Positions 37,873 to 50,131 of a stretch of 64,000 nt of DNA are shown here, piece by piece. The notes beneath the pieces were generated by a model. It did not search any database, was not told the origin of the DNA, and saw nothing but the letters and a program-made list of their open reading frames with translations. The position numbers and the translations under genes are program-made. Within the stretch, counting starts at the first letter, position 1, and each line of letters starts with the position of its first letter. Where the stretch lies: contig CAWDEM010000004.1 in the NCBI GenBank assembly GCA_963801355.1, positions 1,088,001 through 1,152,000 of the forward strand, written 5' to 3'. This DNA is from Ignavibacteriota bacterium. GTDB lineage: Bacteria; Bacteroidota; Ignavibacteria; UBA10030; UBA6906.

Positions 37873-38847
37873 CTACGGCACGCTCCTGTAGACGACACTC
37901 GTCAGCACTCTGCCCACAGCACCGAGACTCTCGCTGCTGCAGTGTTCAGGGATGTCGTTGTGTGTATGCCAGTAGCGATGAGATTGATCGGGGTAGGCAA
38001 AGTCAATGATGTCGATGGTCTTGATGCCTGCCTCATTGAGCGGCACATGATCGTCGATGATTTCGTCGCCGATCCGGTCGGAAAATTGCGTGATACCCAA
38101 TTCGCGTGCAGTATCCCAGACATTTTTCACGACATCCGGAGCGGAACGGACGGATTGCTGCTCCTTGAAAATCTCAAGATCCGCATCCCCGACCATGTCG
38201 AGAAGGACACCGTATCGTGGGCGGTAATTCGCCGGTATGGTCCGGGCGAAATGCCGCGATCCGAGCAGATACTGGCTGAGATCGCCCTCATGGCCGTAGT
38301 CTTCTCCGTCGAACAGGACGATATCCACTCCGATGGGCGGCGGAGTGGCTTTCATGAGCGCTGCGATCTCAAGAAGCACGGCGACGCCGCTTGCTCCGTC
38401 ATTGGCGCCAAGGATGGGCTGCCGCTGTCTTGTTTTATCCGGGTCCCGTTCGGCGCGCGGGCGTGTGTCCCAGTGCGCGCAAAGGAGAATCCGGGATGCA
38501 GATCCGGGCCGGAATGACGCGATGACATTGGTCAGGTGGAGAGTTTCGCCCTCATAGCCTGCATGGGTGAACTCCTGTGTGCGCACGTCATCGGCGTTTG
38601 ATGTGAGAAACGAGACCAGGAATTGCAGACACGCGCGATGCCCCGCTGATCCGGGGTTACGTGGCCCGAAGGATGTTTGCTGCGACAGGAGATCGAAGGC
38701 GCGGGGCCCGGCAAATTCAGGGATAACAGGCATGGGTGTGCTGGCGGTTCGTGGCTGGCCGGGAGTGCCGGTGCGTGATTGATCCTGAGAACAACTTGCT
38801 GCGAGCATCGCAATCGCAAGCAGGAGAGAGAAACGTGACATGATCAT
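37873..38847 (-). CDS. M28-family peptidase / glutaminyl cyclase-like lipoprotein
   Basis: Lipobox LAASC, FGPRNPGS, AHWDTR, GANDGASG, FDGEDYG, LDMVGD, DDH, WHT. Confidence 0.88.
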   Translation of the reverse strand: MIMSRFSLLLAIAMLAASCSQDQSRTGTPGQPRTASTPMPVIPEFAGPRAFDLLSQQTSFGPRNPGSAGHRACLQFLVSFLTSNADDVRTQEFTHAGYEGETLHLTNVIASFRPGSASRILLCAHWDTRPRAERDPDKTRQRQPILGANDGASGVAVLLEIAALMKATPPPIGVDIVLFDGEDYGHEGDLSQYLLGSRHFARTIPANYRPRYGVLLDMVGDADLEIFKEQQSVRSAPDVVKNVWDTARELGITQFSDRIGDEIIDDHVPLNEAGIKTIDIIDFAYPDQSHRYWHTHNDIPEHCSSESLGAVGRVLTSVVYRSVP

Positions 38848-38912
38848 CCGGCAAGTATTGTCTGACAGGTTGACCAAGGTAGGAAAAAGGGGCAGGAAAA
38901 GCAAAAAAGCGC

Positions 38913-38940
38913 GCAACCTTTCGGCGTCAGAGCACGTCTA
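38913..38940 (+). promoter_or_regulatory. ECF-sigma-type promoter
   Basis: GCAACC-16 nt-CGTCTA. Confidence 0.55.
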
Positions 38941-38994
38941 AACAAGAAAGTGGTTTCTCCCTGGGGCATTTCCCCATAACAAGGAGGTACAGCT

Positions 38995-39903
38995 ATGTCC
39001 TCATTCCGCCTGGTCGCATTCCTCTGCCTGCTCATGGTCATCGCGTCCGTTGACGGCCGCGCCGGAAACCGGCATTTTGAAAAGAAATTCCAGGTGTCCC
39101 CCGGCGGAACGCTCGCGGTGAACACTGATCTCGGGTCGGTCTACGTGACCGGCTCGGGCACCAATGAAGTCAGCATTCTCGTGGAGATGGAGGGACGGCA
39201 GAAAGATCTGGATGAGTTCGAGCTCGAAGCGACACAAACATCCGGTGGTGTTGACGTGAAGGGGAAGAGCCATCGGGGTGGATGGAAGATCTTCCGCTCG
39301 TATGATGTGAATGCCAGGTTTACCATCACCGTGCCGCGCGCGTACAGCGTGCATCTTGCGACCTCAGGGGGGGATATGGTGGTGAAGGAAATTCAAGGCA
39401 AAGTGGAAGGCACGACTTCCGGCGGTGATCTGCATGTGGAACAGGTTGAAGGGGAAATCGACCTGCATACCTCCGGAGGCGATATTCGCGTGGAATCGGT
39501 CAAAGGCAACGTGCGTGCCGGGACGTCCGGCGGCGATGTCTATGTGAGATCGGTGACCGGTGACGTCGAAGGAGAAACCTCGGGTGGGAATGTCACGGTT
39601 GCCGACGTCGAAGGAAAGGCGCGTGCGGAGACCTCGGGCGGCAATGTCATTGTGAAAGTGCGGGGGGTGAACAAGGGCGTGCATGCGCAGACCTCCGGCG
39701 GAAATGTAGACGTGCAGATTGCCAGGAACAGTGCCGCGAACATCGATGCCTCCACCAGCGGAGGAGATGTCGAGTGCGATCTTCCGGTGACCGTTTCCGG
39801 CAAGATCAAGGATACGTCGATCAAAGGAACGATAAACGGCGGCGGGCCGATGATTTACGCTCACACCTCCGGCGGCAACATCCGCATCCGGCCGCTGGAA
39901 TAG
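38995..39903 (+). CDS. DUF4097 beta-strand repeat protein (exported)
   Basis: Signal peptide and repeated TSGG(D/N) motifs. Confidence 0.9.
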   Translation: MSSFRLVAFLCLLMVIASVDGRAGNRHFEKKFQVSPGGTLAVNTDLGSVYVTGSGTNEVSILVEMEGRQKDLDEFELEATQTSGGVDVKGKSHRGGWKIFRSYDVNARFTITVPRAYSVHLATSGGDMVVKEIQGKVEGTTSGGDLHVEQVEGEIDLHTSGGDIRVESVKGNVRAGTSGGDVYVRSVTGDVEGETSGGNVTVADVEGKARAETSGGNVIVKVRGVNKGVHAQTSGGNVDVQIARNSAANIDASTSGGDVECDLPVTVSGKIKDTSIKGTINGGGPMIYAHTSGGNIRIRPLE

Positions 39904-39999
39904 CCTGGATATTGACGGGTTGTGGACGGTGGGTCCCCCGCTTCAGCCTGGGCATAGTCTGAGGCGGGGGCACAATCCGCGGATTGCTCCTCTCCCCGC

Positions 40000-40028
40000 T
40001 TGACACCTTACCGGCCGTTTGTTAGCTT
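40000..40028 (+). promoter_or_regulatory. sigma70-type promoter
   Basis: TTGACA-17 nt-TAGCTT. Confidence 0.55.
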
Positions 40029-40059
40029 ATAGGGCACCCCACATCGCCGGAGCTCCCTC

Positions 40060-40398
40060 ATGTTCTGCCCTCAATGCACAACCGAATACCTCAATGGGAT
40101 TACGGAATGCGCGGACTGCAGAGTTCCCCTCGTGCGCACGCTTCCCCCCGAACCCGATCACTCCACCAATGGCTACGTCCGTGTCCTGTCGACATACAAT
40201 GCCGCTGATATTGCCATCATAAAGTCAATTCTTGACGATGCGGAGATCGAATACTATTTCGAAGGCGAAGCATTCAACGGAGTCAGCCCGCTGATTCAGC
40301 CGGCGGTGTTGTTTGTGGTGCGCGATCAGGAGGAAGATGCCAGAGACGCGCTTCGTGATGTCGACCTCCGCTACATGGGATTGACCGCGAGGGAATAG
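40060..40398 (+). CDS. DUF2007-like putative signal-transducing protein with N-terminal Zn ribbon
   Basis: MFCPQC..EY..G...CADC, IIKSILDDAEI. Confidence 0.8.
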   Translation: MFCPQCTTEYLNGITECADCRVPLVRTLPPEPDHSTNGYVRVLSTYNAADIAIIKSILDDAEIEYYFEGEAFNGVSPLIQPAVLFVVRDQEEDARDALRDVDLRYMGLTARE

Positions 40399-40412
40399 AA
40401 GACACAACAACA

Positions 40413-41162
40413 ATGATCAACATCTCGAGAACCCTGTACCTCACGGACACCGCAGTGATCCTCGCTCTCATGACAGGTTGTTCCCCTGTACCCGACGAAT
40501 ATGTCAGGCAGCGCGAACAGATGGTTCAGACACAGATCGTGAGCAGGGGAGTCAGCGATGAAGGAACGCTGCAGGCCATGCGCCTGGTGCCACGCCACCG
40601 GTTTGTGCCGGTGGACGAAGTCCGCAATGCCTATGCCGACACTCCATTGCCGATTGGAGGAGGGCAGACGATTTCCCAGCCGTACATGGTTGCGGCGATG
40701 ACCGAGCTCCTGCATGCCCGGAAAGGGCAACGGGTTCTCGAAGTGGGCACCGGTTCAGGCTATCAGGCGGCGGTGCTGGCGACGATCGTCGACACCGTAT
40801 ACACCATCGAGATACTGCCTGCGCTCGCTGAAATGGCGAGGGATCGCCTCTACGCGCTCGGGTACACGAATGTCGTGACCAGATCGGGAGACGGCTATCT
40901 CGGCTGGCCCGAACATGCCCCCTTCGACGGCATCGTCATTACCGCGGCGGCAGAAGACATTCCCGCGCCTCTCATCGCGCAATTGAAGGAGGGTGGTCGT
41001 CTGGTGATACCGGTGGGATCCCCGTACGACGTGCAGACGCTTGTTGTGGGGGAAAAACGCGACGGGAAGTTCACCCGCCGGGAGGTCATGCCCGTGCGTT
41101 TCGTGCCGATGCAGCGGAATGCCCCCGACGACGATCAGTCCACGCAAAGGACAATTCCATGA
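40413..41162 (+). CDS. pcm: protein-L-isoaspartate O-methyltransferase
   Basis: VPRHRFVP, GQTISQPY, VLEVGTGSGYQAA, APFD, QLKEGGRLVIPVG. Confidence 0.94.
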   Translation: MINISRTLYLTDTAVILALMTGCSPVPDEYVRQREQMVQTQIVSRGVSDEGTLQAMRLVPRHRFVPVDEVRNAYADTPLPIGGGQTISQPYMVAAMTELLHARKGQRVLEVGTGSGYQAAVLATIVDTVYTIEILPALAEMARDRLYALGYTNVVTRSGDGYLGWPEHAPFDGIVITAAAEDIPAPLIAQLKEGGRLVIPVGSPYDVQTLVVGEKRDGKFTRREVMPVRFVPMQRNAPDDDQSTQRTIP

Positions 41163-43042
41163 CCGACCACGACGTGTATCTGTTCAAAGAAGGCAATCAC
41201 TTCCGGCTCCACGACACACTGGGATCACATGTCGGCACCCGCAATGGAACGGCCGGGACATGGTTTCGTGTCTGGGCACCGAACGCGGAGCGCGTCTCCG
41301 TGGTCGGTGATTTCAACGGCTGGGCGCGCGACACGCACCGGATGCACCCGCGCCACGACAACTCCGGCGTGTGGGAGCTGTTCATCCCCGGCATCAAGGA
41401 AGGGATGATCTACAAGTATCACATCGAGTCGCGCTACAACGGGTATCAGGCGGACAAGGGCGATCCGTTCGCAGTGCTCTGGGAATGTCCGCCGAAGACC
41501 GGTTCTGTGGTCTGGTCACTGGACTACACCTGGAATGACGCGGAGTGGATGAAGAACCGCCACACGGCAAATGCGCTGGATGCGCCCATGAGCATCTACG
41601 AAGTGCATGTCGGTTCCTGGCGGCGGGTGCCCGAAGAATGGAACCGGTCCCTCACGTACCGCGAACTTGCTCCCCTGCTTGCGGAATACGCCCATGACAT
41701 GGGGTTCACGCACGTGGAACTCCTGCCGATCATGGAACACCCCTTCTATGGCTCCTGGGGATATCAAACCACGGGGTATTTTGCACCTTCGAGTCGCTAC
41801 GGGACTCCCCAGGATTTCATGTTTCTGGTGGACACGTTGCATCAACAGGGGATCGGGGTGATCCTTGACTGGGTGCCCTCCCACTTCCCTGGGGACGAAC
41901 ATGGCCTGGCGTATTTCGACGGGACCCACCTGTTCGAGCATGCGGATCCGCGGCAGGGTTACCACCCGGATTGGGCGAGCTATATTTTCAACTATGGCCG
42001 GAATGAAGTACGCTCGTTCCTCATCAGCAGCGCCGTGTACTGGCTGGATCGCTATCATATCGACGGGTTCCGCGTTGACGCCGTCGCCTCCATGCTGTAT
42101 CTCAACTATTCCCGCAAGGAGGGAGAGTGGGTGCCGAACGTGTTCGGCGGAAAAGAGAATCTCGACGCCATCGCATTCCTCAAGCGGTTCAATGAGGTTG
42201 TGTATGGGCAGTTCCCCGACGTGCAAACATTCGCCGAGGAGTCAACGGATTGGCCGATGGTGTCACGGCCGGTCTATGTCGGCGGACTCGGGTTCGGCAT
42301 GAAGTGGAATATGGGATGGATGCACGACACGCTGGACTATTTTTCCAAGGACCCCGTCTTCCGAAAATTCCACCACAATCAGCTCACATTCAGTATCTGG
42401 TATGCATTCTCGGAGAACTTCGTTCTTTCGATTTCTCACGATGAAGTCGTGCACGGCAAAGGGGCGCTGGTGGGAAAGATGCCCGGGGATGAATGGCAGA
42501 GATATGCAAATGTGCGGTTGCTCCTGGGGTACATGTTCGGCCATCCGGGGAAGAAACTGCTTTTCATGGGCAACGAAATGGGACAGTGGCGCGAATGGAA
42601 CCATGAAGAAAGCCTGGAGTGGCACGTCCTGGCCTTCCCGTTTCACGTCGGGGTACAACGGTGGGTGCGCGATCTCAATGCGCTCCTGCGCGCTGAACCT
42701 GCGTTGCATGAGGTGGATTTTTCGATCGAAGGGTTCAGCTGGGTCGATTTTCACGATTGGGAAAACAGCGTCATCGTGTTTCTGAGGAAGGATCGAGCGA
42801 ACGCCCCGAGAATCCTGGTCGCCTGCAACCTCACGCCAGTCATTCGCCGCGGCTACCGGGTGGGAGTTCCCGTTGCCGGGTACTGGCGCGAGGCGTTGAA
42901 CAGTGACAGCGATGCCTATGGTGGTGCGAACGTCGGGAACGGCGGCGGTCTTCACACGGAGTCGGTGCAATCCCACGGGCAGATGCAGTCGCTCTCACTC
43001 ACGCTGCCGCCGCTGGGAGTGGTGTTCCTTGCTGCGCCGTGA
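41159..43042 (+). CDS. glgB: 1,4-alpha-glucan branching enzyme
   Basis: FRVWAPNA, IYEVHVGSW, SWGYQ, DWVPSHFP, GFRVDAVASM, AEESTDWP, SHDEVVHGK. Confidence 0.96.
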   Translation: MTDHDVYLFKEGNHFRLHDTLGSHVGTRNGTAGTWFRVWAPNAERVSVVGDFNGWARDTHRMHPRHDNSGVWELFIPGIKEGMIYKYHIESRYNGYQADKGDPFAVLWECPPKTGSVVWSLDYTWNDAEWMKNRHTANALDAPMSIYEVHVGSWRRVPEEWNRSLTYRELAPLLAEYAHDMGFTHVELLPIMEHPFYGSWGYQTTGYFAPSSRYGTPQDFMFLVDTLHQQGIGVILDWVPSHFPGDEHGLAYFDGTHLFEHADPRQGYHPDWASYIFNYGRNEVRSFLISSAVYWLDRYHIDGFRVDAVASMLYLNYSRKEGEWVPNVFGGKENLDAIAFLKRFNEVVYGQFPDVQTFAEESTDWPMVSRPVYVGGLGFGMKWNMGWMHDTLDYFSKDPVFRKFHHNQLTFSIWYAFSENFVLSISHDEVVHGKGALVGKMPGDEWQRYANVRLLLGYMFGHPGKKLLFMGNEMGQWREWNHEESLEWHVLAFPFHVGVQRWVRDLNALLRAEPALHEVDFSIEGFSWVDFHDWENSVIVFLRKDRANAPRILVACNLTPVIRRGYRVGVPVAGYWREALNSDSDAYGGANVGNGGGLHTESVQSHGQMQSLSLTLPPLGVVFLAAP

Positions 43043-43046
43043 TGGA

Positions 43047-43130
43047 TCATCCGTTGTCCATCATCCGTAATTCATCATCCGTTGTTCATCATCCGTTGTC
43101 CATCACCCGTTGTCCATCATCCATTGTCCA
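43047..43130. repeat. tandem 14-bp repeat x6 (TCATCCGTTGTCCA)
   Basis: Six adjacent units with 0-3 mismatches filling the glgB/dacB convergent gap. Confidence 0.9.
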
Positions 43131-43133
43131 TCG

Positions 43134-44612
43134 TCAATTGGTCTCCCCCCTCTTCAACCCCGCAAGATACTCTCCGATCGCATCCTGGACCATCCGGTAC
43201 GGCCGTGTGGCCCCGGGGAAATTCTGCATAAGCATCGAGAACACGAGCATCTCGCCGTCGAGGGTTTGTACGTATCCCGACAGCGCTGAAACGGCACTGA
43301 GTGATCCGGTCTTCGCGCGCAGGTTGCCCGCGGCAAGCGTCCCGCGCATGCGAGACTCGATCGTTCCATCCACCCCGGCGACGGGGAGGGCATGATAGAA
43401 CAGCGGGAAGCTCCGGGTATCCCTGTAGACCTGCTCCAGGACACGGACCATGGTGGCGGCGGACGTCAGATTGTAACGCGACAGGCCTGAACCGTCGGCA
43501 ACCGAAATCCGGTTCGTATCTACACCACAGGCCGTGAGGAACTCATTGACCAGGGACCTGCCGGCTTCGGCGGAGCCCGGGATCTTGTACCTTTCCGCGG
43601 CGATGGTCTTGAGTACGCATTCCGCCGAGAGGTTGTCGCTCACCTTGTTCAGAAAGGTTATGACGGTGTCGATGCCGTGCACGTGACGCTGCAACTCGAC
43701 CATGGTTGCGGTGACGGTGTCGACGATGACCGGGTCTTCCACGGGCACCCCCCACGCTCTGAGCCGATCCGCAAACACCGATCCGGCGTACAGCTCGGGT
43801 TTCCAGAGACTCAGCTGCGCAGTCCGGCCACGGCCCCCGAGCCGGATCTGTCCTTTGACCGTAATGGTGTTCGAGCGTTCCCTCCACTTGCGGGAGATTT
43901 CCAGGCTCACCGCCGGTGTGTCCGCCACGGTGGTGGCGGTGTTTTCAATAGTGACATAGGATGTGGGTGGATCGATAGAGACAATGGGAGCGATACCGGC
44001 TTCCGCCGCCGGGAGAACCCGGACGGTGATGGTATTGTTGTTGAGTGTTACCGGGGAGATGGACATCCCGTCGGCTTCCGGTTCATCGTTCCACATCCAC
44101 CCTGTCCCCCAGGGAAGATCATCAAAGAACGAAATATCGACCGCCACGCGCCAGGGGGCGGTTGCGGACAGGAGGGGAGCTGCACAGCGTGCGAGCGAGT
44201 CGAGATCGCCGGTTGACGTCAGCGGATCGCCATACCCTTTTAGTACCACGAGCCGTCGCACCGAATCCGTGAAGACGGCGGTCGAGAAACCATATGAGGT
44301 GCCGAGAGTGCCGAGGGCGGTGCACGTGGTCAGGATTTTCTGGTTGGACGCAGGATTGAACAGCATGTGTTCGTTCAGCGCGTACAGCTGGTCGCCGTGT
44401 GTCAGCGAGGCAACGCTGATACCGATGTTGGACGGCGGAAAAAGGGAATCCGCGATCAGCGCATCGATCCGGGCTTTGATCCCGGGGATGGGAGAGACGC
44501 TCAGGGCTCCGACGGATGGGGGGGGCGGAGGCAGAGTCCGGAATATCTCGCGGCTGCCTGTGCATCCCACGAGGAGGGCGGTGAGAAGAACGAGTGTGAT
44601 TCGGGCCGGCAT
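43134..44612 (-). CDS. dacB: D-Ala-D-Ala carboxypeptidase/endopeptidase (PBP4, S13), lipoprotein
   Basis: Lipobox LVGC, PASNQK, GDP, SDN, DGSGLSR, AKTGSL. Confidence 0.93.
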   Translation of the reverse strand: MPARITLVLLTALLVGCTGSREIFRTLPPPPPSVGALSVSPIPGIKARIDALIADSLFPPSNIGISVASLTHGDQLYALNEHMLFNPASNQKILTTCTALGTLGTSYGFSTAVFTDSVRRLVVLKGYGDPLTSTGDLDSLARCAAPLLSATAPWRVAVDISFFDDLPWGTGWMWNDEPEADGMSISPVTLNNNTITVRVLPAAEAGIAPIVSIDPPTSYVTIENTATTVADTPAVSLEISRKWRERSNTITVKGQIRLGGRGRTAQLSLWKPELYAGSVFADRLRAWGVPVEDPVIVDTVTATMVELQRHVHGIDTVITFLNKVSDNLSAECVLKTIAAERYKIPGSAEAGRSLVNEFLTACGVDTNRISVADGSGLSRYNLTSAATMVRVLEQVYRDTRSFPLFYHALPVAGVDGTIESRMRGTLAAGNLRAKTGSLSAVSALSGYVQTLDGEMLVFSMLMQNFPGATRPYRMVQDAIGEYLAGLKRGETN

Positions 44613-44662
44613 GTGGATTCCTTTTCTGATGACTCCTTCATTTTGGCAAAGATTCATTGAAA

Positions 44663-44701
44663 AATCAACAGATTGCACGACACTCGGATTCTGGTTATAT
44701 T
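44663..44701 (+). promoter_or_regulatory. secA sigma70 promoter with an overlapping IHF-consensus site
   Basis: AATCAACAGATTG (44663-44675); TTGCAC-17 nt-TATATT. Confidence 0.6.
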
Positions 44702-44741
44702 ATTAGTTCATTGTCTCGTTCACTTTATTGTGGTGGTGACC

Positions 44742-48189
<3,448 letters not shown>

Positions 48190-48192
48190 GAA

Positions 48193-48235
48193 GAGACCAA
48201 TTGCCCATGGACAACGGACGATGGTGAACGGCCAA
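48193..48235. repeat. inverted degenerate copy of 43103-43145
   Basis: 34/43 match to the reverse complement, including exact GAGACCAATTG. Confidence 0.6.
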
Positions 48236-49147
48236 CCGGAGGGAGACGGCGGAGAGTTCAGAAGCGGGTATGTGACCATCATCGGTGAGCCGAATGTCGG
48301 CAAATCGACGCTGATGAACTGCCTGCTGAAACAGAAGATCTCCATTGTCACCGACAAGCCTCAGACAACCCGGCACAAAGTGCTGGGGATCCTTTCCGCA
48401 GACGGCTTCCAGATAGTGTTTCTCGATACGCCCGGCATCATCACTCCGCGCTACCTGCTGCACGAGGCGATGATGCGCAGCGCAGCATCGGCGATCGCCG
48501 ATGCCGATGTGTTGCTGTTCATGGTGGACGCGACGGACCCGAAGCTGGGCACGGGTCTGGTGCAAGCGGAGGCGTTCAAAAAGATCGAGGGATTCCGGAA
48601 ACCGACATTCCTCGTCCTGAACAAAATCGACCTTGTCCGGAAAGCGCAACTGCTCCCGATCATCGGGGCGTATGCCAGCGCATTTCCTTTCACCGAGGTC
48701 TTCCCCATCTCCGCACTGAGAAGTGAGGGAACAGACCCGCTGCTCGGTGCCCTGGTGTCACTTCTCCCCGTGCATCCTCCGTACTATCCCACGGATATTG
48801 TCAGCGAGCATTCAGACCGGTTCTTTGTCTCCGAGATCATCCGCGAAAAAATCTTTCTGTCCTGCCGCGAGGAGATTCCGTACTCGACGACCGTGGATAT
48901 CGTCGAATTCAAAGAACGTGAAGCGGGCAAGTGGTTCGTCAGTGCAGATGTCATCGTGGAACGGGACTCCCAGAAAGGGATTGTCATCGGAAAACAGGGT
49001 GCCATGCTCAAGAAGATCGGGCATCTGGCACGGCACGAGATCGAGAGCTTCCTGGCTCACCCCGTCTTCCTCGAACTGCACGTGAGGGTGCGGGAGAAGT
49101 GGAGGGAGAAGGACGAGTGGATCAAAAGGCTGGGGTACGGGGAGTGA
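48221..49147 (+). CDS. era: GTPase Era
   Basis: GEPNVGKSTL, KPQTTR, DTPG, NKID, EEIPYS, KH domain IVIGKQG. Confidence 0.95.
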   Translation: MVNGQPEGDGGEFRSGYVTIIGEPNVGKSTLMNCLLKQKISIVTDKPQTTRHKVLGILSADGFQIVFLDTPGIITPRYLLHEAMMRSAASAIADADVLLFMVDATDPKLGTGLVQAEAFKKIEGFRKPTFLVLNKIDLVRKAQLLPIIGAYASAFPFTEVFPISALRSEGTDPLLGALVSLLPVHPPYYPTDIVSEHSDRFFVSEIIREKIFLSCREEIPYSTTVDIVEFKEREAGKWFVSADVIVERDSQKGIVIGKQGAMLKKIGHLARHEIESFLAHPVFLELHVRVREKWREKDEWIKRLGYGE

Positions 49148-49222
49148 GCGGCGGATGTCGCCGGGTGGAGCCCTCCGGATGTCCATGGAGAAACCGAGTT
49201 GAAGAGAATTACGGCGGGGGGG

Positions 49223-50131
49223 ATGATGCGCTCTGAACGCTATGGCATCTGGCTGGCATACTTCATCATCTCGACGGTCTGGGGAACAACCTGGTATGCT
49301 ATTCGTATTGGGTCGGAGACCATCCCGCCATTTTTGTCGGCAGGCATCCGCTGCTGCGTTGCCGCCGCCGTACTGTTCGCCTTCCTCCGGGTCAGCGGCG
49401 GCGTCATCCCGACGTCCCATGTCGCGTGGAAGGTCTATGCCGCACTGGGTATTCTTACGATCGGCATCCCATTTGCGTTGATCTACTGGGGACAACAGTA
49501 TGTTCCAACGGGCCTGAGCAGTATTCTCTTCGGCGCTTTTCCCCTCTGGGTGGCACTCCTGTCCCACTTCATGCTCAAGAACGAGCCCCTGGATTTTTTC
49601 AAGGTTGCGTCAATCGCGCTGGGTTTTGTCGGGGTCGTACTGATTTTCTCCTCGGATCTTTCGATCGAGGGCACTCAGGGCGTGCTGGGCATGGCGGCAA
49701 TCCTCCTCAGCACTTGCATCCAGGCAATCGCTCTCATCATCATCAAGAAACATGGAGAGCCCGTGAGCCCCACGGCGATGAATTTCGTGGGCATGGCCAT
49801 GGGGGGCGTGATGCTCCTGGTACTGAGCCTGCTGTTTGAATCCGGGCAGCCCGTGGTCTGGACGTGGCCGGCGGTTGCCTCTCTCGCCTACCTGACGATT
49901 GTGGCTTCCGTGATCACGTTCATGGCATACTACTGGCTGCTGAAGAGAATGGACGCCGTATACGTCTCACTCTCCTCCTTCATCAATCCTATCGTCGCCG
50001 TCCTGATCGGCGCCCTGGTGTTGGAAGAACGACTTGCGTCGATGGTCTTCGTGGGTGCAGCGTTCGTCCTGACCGGTATGCTGGTTGCAAACGGGAAAAT
50101 GCTCTATGCGAAGATCATGGCGAAAAGCTGA
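49223..50131 (+). CDS. EamA/DMT family transporter
   Basis: VWGTTW, about 10 TM helices, FINPIVAVLIG. Confidence 0.9.
   Translation: MMRSERYGIWLAYFIISTVWGTTWYAIRIGSETIPPFLSAGIRCCVAAAVLFAFLRVSGGVIPTSHVAWKVYAALGILTIGIPFALIYWGQQYVPTGLSSILFGAFPLWVALLSHFMLKNEPLDFFKVASIALGFVGVVLIFSSDLSIEGTQGVLGMAAILLSTCIQAIALIIIKKHGEPVSPTAMNFVGMAMGGVMLLVLSLLFESGQPVVWTWPAVASLAYLTIVASVITFMAYYWLLKRMDAVYVSLSSFINPIVAVLIGALVLEERLASMVFVGAAFVLTGMLVANGKMLYAKIMAKS

Noticed and set aside
43047-43130. CRISPR array
   Set aside because: Units are 14 bp and directly adjacent, with no spacers
43039-43395. ORF MMDHPLSIIRNSSSVVHHPLS...
   Set aside because: Translation of the 14-bp repeat plus antisense dacB
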